Positions 61,489 through 64,000 of a DNA stretch of 64,000 nucleotides are shown here, in pieces. The notes beneath the pieces are model-generated. The model saw only the letters and a program-made list of their open reading frames with translations. It did no database searches and had not been told where the DNA came from. How positions within the stretch are numbered: the stretch's first letter is position 1; each line of letters begins with the position of its first letter. The position numbers were made by a program, and so were the translations under genes. Source of the stretch: Mobula hypostoma (lineage: Eukaryota); contig NC_086108.1 in the NCBI RefSeq assembly GCF_963921235.1, positions 16,678,001-16,742,000 of the forward strand, read 5' to 3'.

Positions 61489-62296
61489 CAGACACCCCAC
61501 CCTGCAAAAATTCATTTCAGGGAGGTAATTTGCAGGAGACTCCCAGAACTTCCGGGAGAGGTGGGATGTCTGCAATAGAATAGCTCCTTAGCAGCTAGCC
61601 AGCTAGTTTAAATAACGTTAGCTATGCTAATGAACAAATGACACCCATTAAACTCACCTCACCATGTCTTTTACAGTCTTAATCCACCATGGGCAATAGA
61701 AAAGTCACTGTTGCAAACAGTGCAGCGAGCAACACTGTCATTATTTTTGACCCCTATTAGGCAGGGGTACATTTTAGTGTAGTCTGGGGTGACGTACGTT
61801 TTATTATTTTTTTTTGGAACACTCTGCCACTCTGACTTTTTTTGGAACTCTCTCGCTCTTGCTCTCTCTATCGCACGTGCGCTCTTTCGCTCGTGGTCAC
61901 TAACACTCGCGTTTGCTTTCTCGCTCTCGCTCTCTCTCTCGTGGTCGCTCTCACTCGCGCTTGCTCTCTCGCGCTTGCTTTCTTGCTCTCGCTCTCACGC
62001 GCTCTCTCGCTCTCGCACTCTCTCTCTCTCGCGCTTGCTTTCTTGCTCTTGCTCGCTCTCTCTCGCACTTGCTTTCTTGCTCTCACTCTCTCTCGTGCTT
62101 GCTTTCTCGCTCTCTTGCTCTCTCCCTCACGGTCACTCTCACTCGCGCTCGCTCTCTCACTCTCCCTCGCGCGTTCTCTCACGCTCGCTCTCAAAAAAAT
62201 CAATTTCCAGGACATTGTATATAATTTGCGGGCATCAGGGAGCCACTATTAATTTGTGGGAGACTCCCGGAACTTCCGGGAGAGGTGGGATGTCTG
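61489..62296. mobile_element. 808-bp non-autonomous TIR element with 6-bp TSD (hAT-like)
   Basis: TIRs CAGACACCCCACC / GGTGGGATGTCTG (12 of 13 match); TSD caaagc (61483-61488) / caaagt (62297-62302); the host CR1 rejoins across it. Confidence 0.8.
61847..62192. repeat. CT/CG-rich low-complexity tract (ctcg/ctct/cttg units)
   Basis: Read directly; explains the spurious ORFs at 61789-62355. Confidence 0.9.
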
Positions 62297-63146
62297 CAAA
62301 GTCATCAAATGTTCCTTGTATGATAATTCTTTCATTTCAGGAATCATCCTTGTGAACCTCCTCTGGACCCTCTCCAATGCCAGCACATCTCTTCTAAGAT
62401 GAAGAGCCCAAAACTGTACACAATACTCAAGGCGAGGCCTCACCACTGCCTTATAAGCCTCAGTGTCATGTTCTTGTTCTTGTATTGTAGACCTCTTGAA
62501 ATGAATGCTAACACTGCATTTGCCTTCCTTACCATCAACTCAATCTGCAAGTTAACCTTCAGGGTGTTCTGCACAAGGACTCCTAAGTCCCTTTGCATCT
62601 CAGATTTTTGGACTTTCTCCCCGTTTAGAAAATAGTCCCCACATTTACTTCTACTACCAAAGTGCATGACCGTGCGTATTCCAACATTATATTTCATTTG
62701 TCACTTTCTTGCCCATTCTCCTAATCTGCCTAAGTTCATCTGCATCCTACCTGTTTCCTCAGTACTACCTGCCCCGCCACCAATCTTCGTATCATCTGCA
62801 AACTTGGCAACAAAGCCTCTGTTTCATCATCTAAATCATTTATATATAGCATAAAAAGAAGTGGTCCCAACACTGGCCCCTGCAGAGAACCAGACAAGGA
62901 TCCTTTAATTCCCCCTCGCTGCCTTCTTCCAATCAGCCAATGCTCTAACCACATTCGTAACTTTCCTATAATAACACGGACTCTTAACTTGGTAAGCAGC
63001 ATCACGTGTGACACCTTGTCAAAGGCCTTCTGAAAGTCCAAATATACAACATCCACTGTATCTTTGTACTTTACTTGTAATCTCCTCAAAGAACTCCAAC
63101 AGGTTCATCAGGCAAGATTTCCTCTGAAGAAAACCATGCTGACTTT

Positions 63147-63268
63147 AAGGGTCTCGGCCTGAAACGTCGACTGTACCTCTTCCTAGAGATGCTGCCTGGC
63201 CTGCTGCGTTCACCAGCAACTTTGGTGTGTGTTGCTTGAATTTCCAGCATCTGCAGAATTCCTGTTGT
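63147..63268 (+). mobile_element. Single 5'-truncated PLE pseudo-LTR unit, 122 bp
   Basis: Same unit as 14466-14588; exact 8-bp TSD ctgacttt (63139-63146, 63269-63276); truncated inside the hammerhead CUGANGA box. Confidence 0.87.
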
Positions 63269-64000
63269 CTGACTTTGTCCTATCTTGTCCTGTGCCACCA
63301 AGTACCCCATCAGCTCATCTTTAACAACTGGCTCTAACATCTCCCCAATCACTGAGGTCAGGTTAACTGGTCTATAATTTCCTTTCTGCTGCCTTCCTCC
63401 TTTCTTAAAGTGTGGAGTGACATTTGCAATTTTCCACTCCTCTGGCACTATACCAGAGTCCAACGATTTTTGAAAGATCATTGCTAATGCCGCTACCTCT
63501 TCCAGAACCCTAGGGTGCAGTTCATCTGGTCCAGGTAACTTATGTACTTTTAGGTCTTTCAGCTTTTTGAGCACCTTCTCCCTTGTAATAGTAACTGCAC
63601 CCACTTCTCTTCCTTCACACATTACATCATCTGGCAACACTGCTAGTGTCTTCCACAGTGAAGACTGATGCAAAATACTCATTTAGTTCATATGCCATCT
63701 CCTTGTCCCCGTTATTATTTCTCCTGCCTCATTTTCTAGTGGTCCTATATCCACTCTCATCTCTCTTTAATTTTTGACATACTTTAAAAAGCTTTTATTA
63801 TCCACTTTGATATTATTTGCTAGCTCGCTTTCATATTTCATCTTTTCCCTTCTAATGATTCTTTTTAGTTACTCTCTGTAGGTTTTTAAAAACTTCCCAA
63901 TCTATCTTCCCACTAATTTTTGCTTTGTTCTATGCCCTCTCTTTTGTTTTTACATTAGCTTTGACTTCCCTTGTCAGCCACGGTTGTACTATTTTGCCAT

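Larger units (their letters stand above)
61053..64000 (-). mobile_element. CR1 LINE running off the window end, with hAT-like and PLE inserts
   Basis: Minus ORF pieces GPDELHPRVL, NYRPVNLTS, YLDFQKAFD, VRPRLEYC, LGLYSLEFRRM; 3' tail near 61055. Confidence 0.92.

Noticed and set aside
61789..62355. Overlapping Ser/Leu/Arg-rich ORFs of 100-190 aa
   Set aside because: Artefacts of the CT/CG low-complexity tract, which lacks stop codons.
1..64000. Prokaryotic or phage defence system, retron or DGR suggested by the many RT ORFs
   Set aside because: Every RT fits a eukaryotic retroelement clade (CR1, Rex1, RTE, L1, Gypsy, Penelope) within spliceosomal introns; there is no operon structure.

Overview
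Eukaryotic, vertebrate, repeat-rich DNA. An elasmobranch (ray or shark) is likely, inferred from the HE1-like V-SINEs, dense CR1 and Penelope repeats. The window lies inside one gene, XPR1 (SPX-EXS phosphate exporter), on the minus strand. Five consecutive internal coding exons were found with GT-AG boundaries and consistent phases: 49930-50079, 42763-42846, 25609-25690, 20092-20273 and 19349-19528. The next exons on either side were not found, so they probably lie outside the window. Most of the rest is intronic transposon sequence: a full-length Gypsy LTR element (195-bp LTRs, tRNA-Trp PBS, 4-bp TSD), a full-length L1/Tx1-type LINE with an 11-bp TSD, many CR1 and Rex1/Babar LINEs, Tc1 and mariner-type elements, hAT-like elements, V-SINEs, solo LTRs and a degenerate ~35-bp minisatellite. 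Nesting reaches three levels. The most interesting signal is a family of short Penelope-like (PLE) terminal-repeat insertions carrying a minimal type-I hammerhead ribozyme core. Three form foldback palindromes and three have TSDs, and one intact ribozyme lies in the XPR1 sense orientation. Hammerheads in PLEs are known in general, and I cannot tell without a search whether this family is described. No prokaryotic system or CRISPR array is present. Family names come from motif recognition by eye, and ends of old repeats are approximate.
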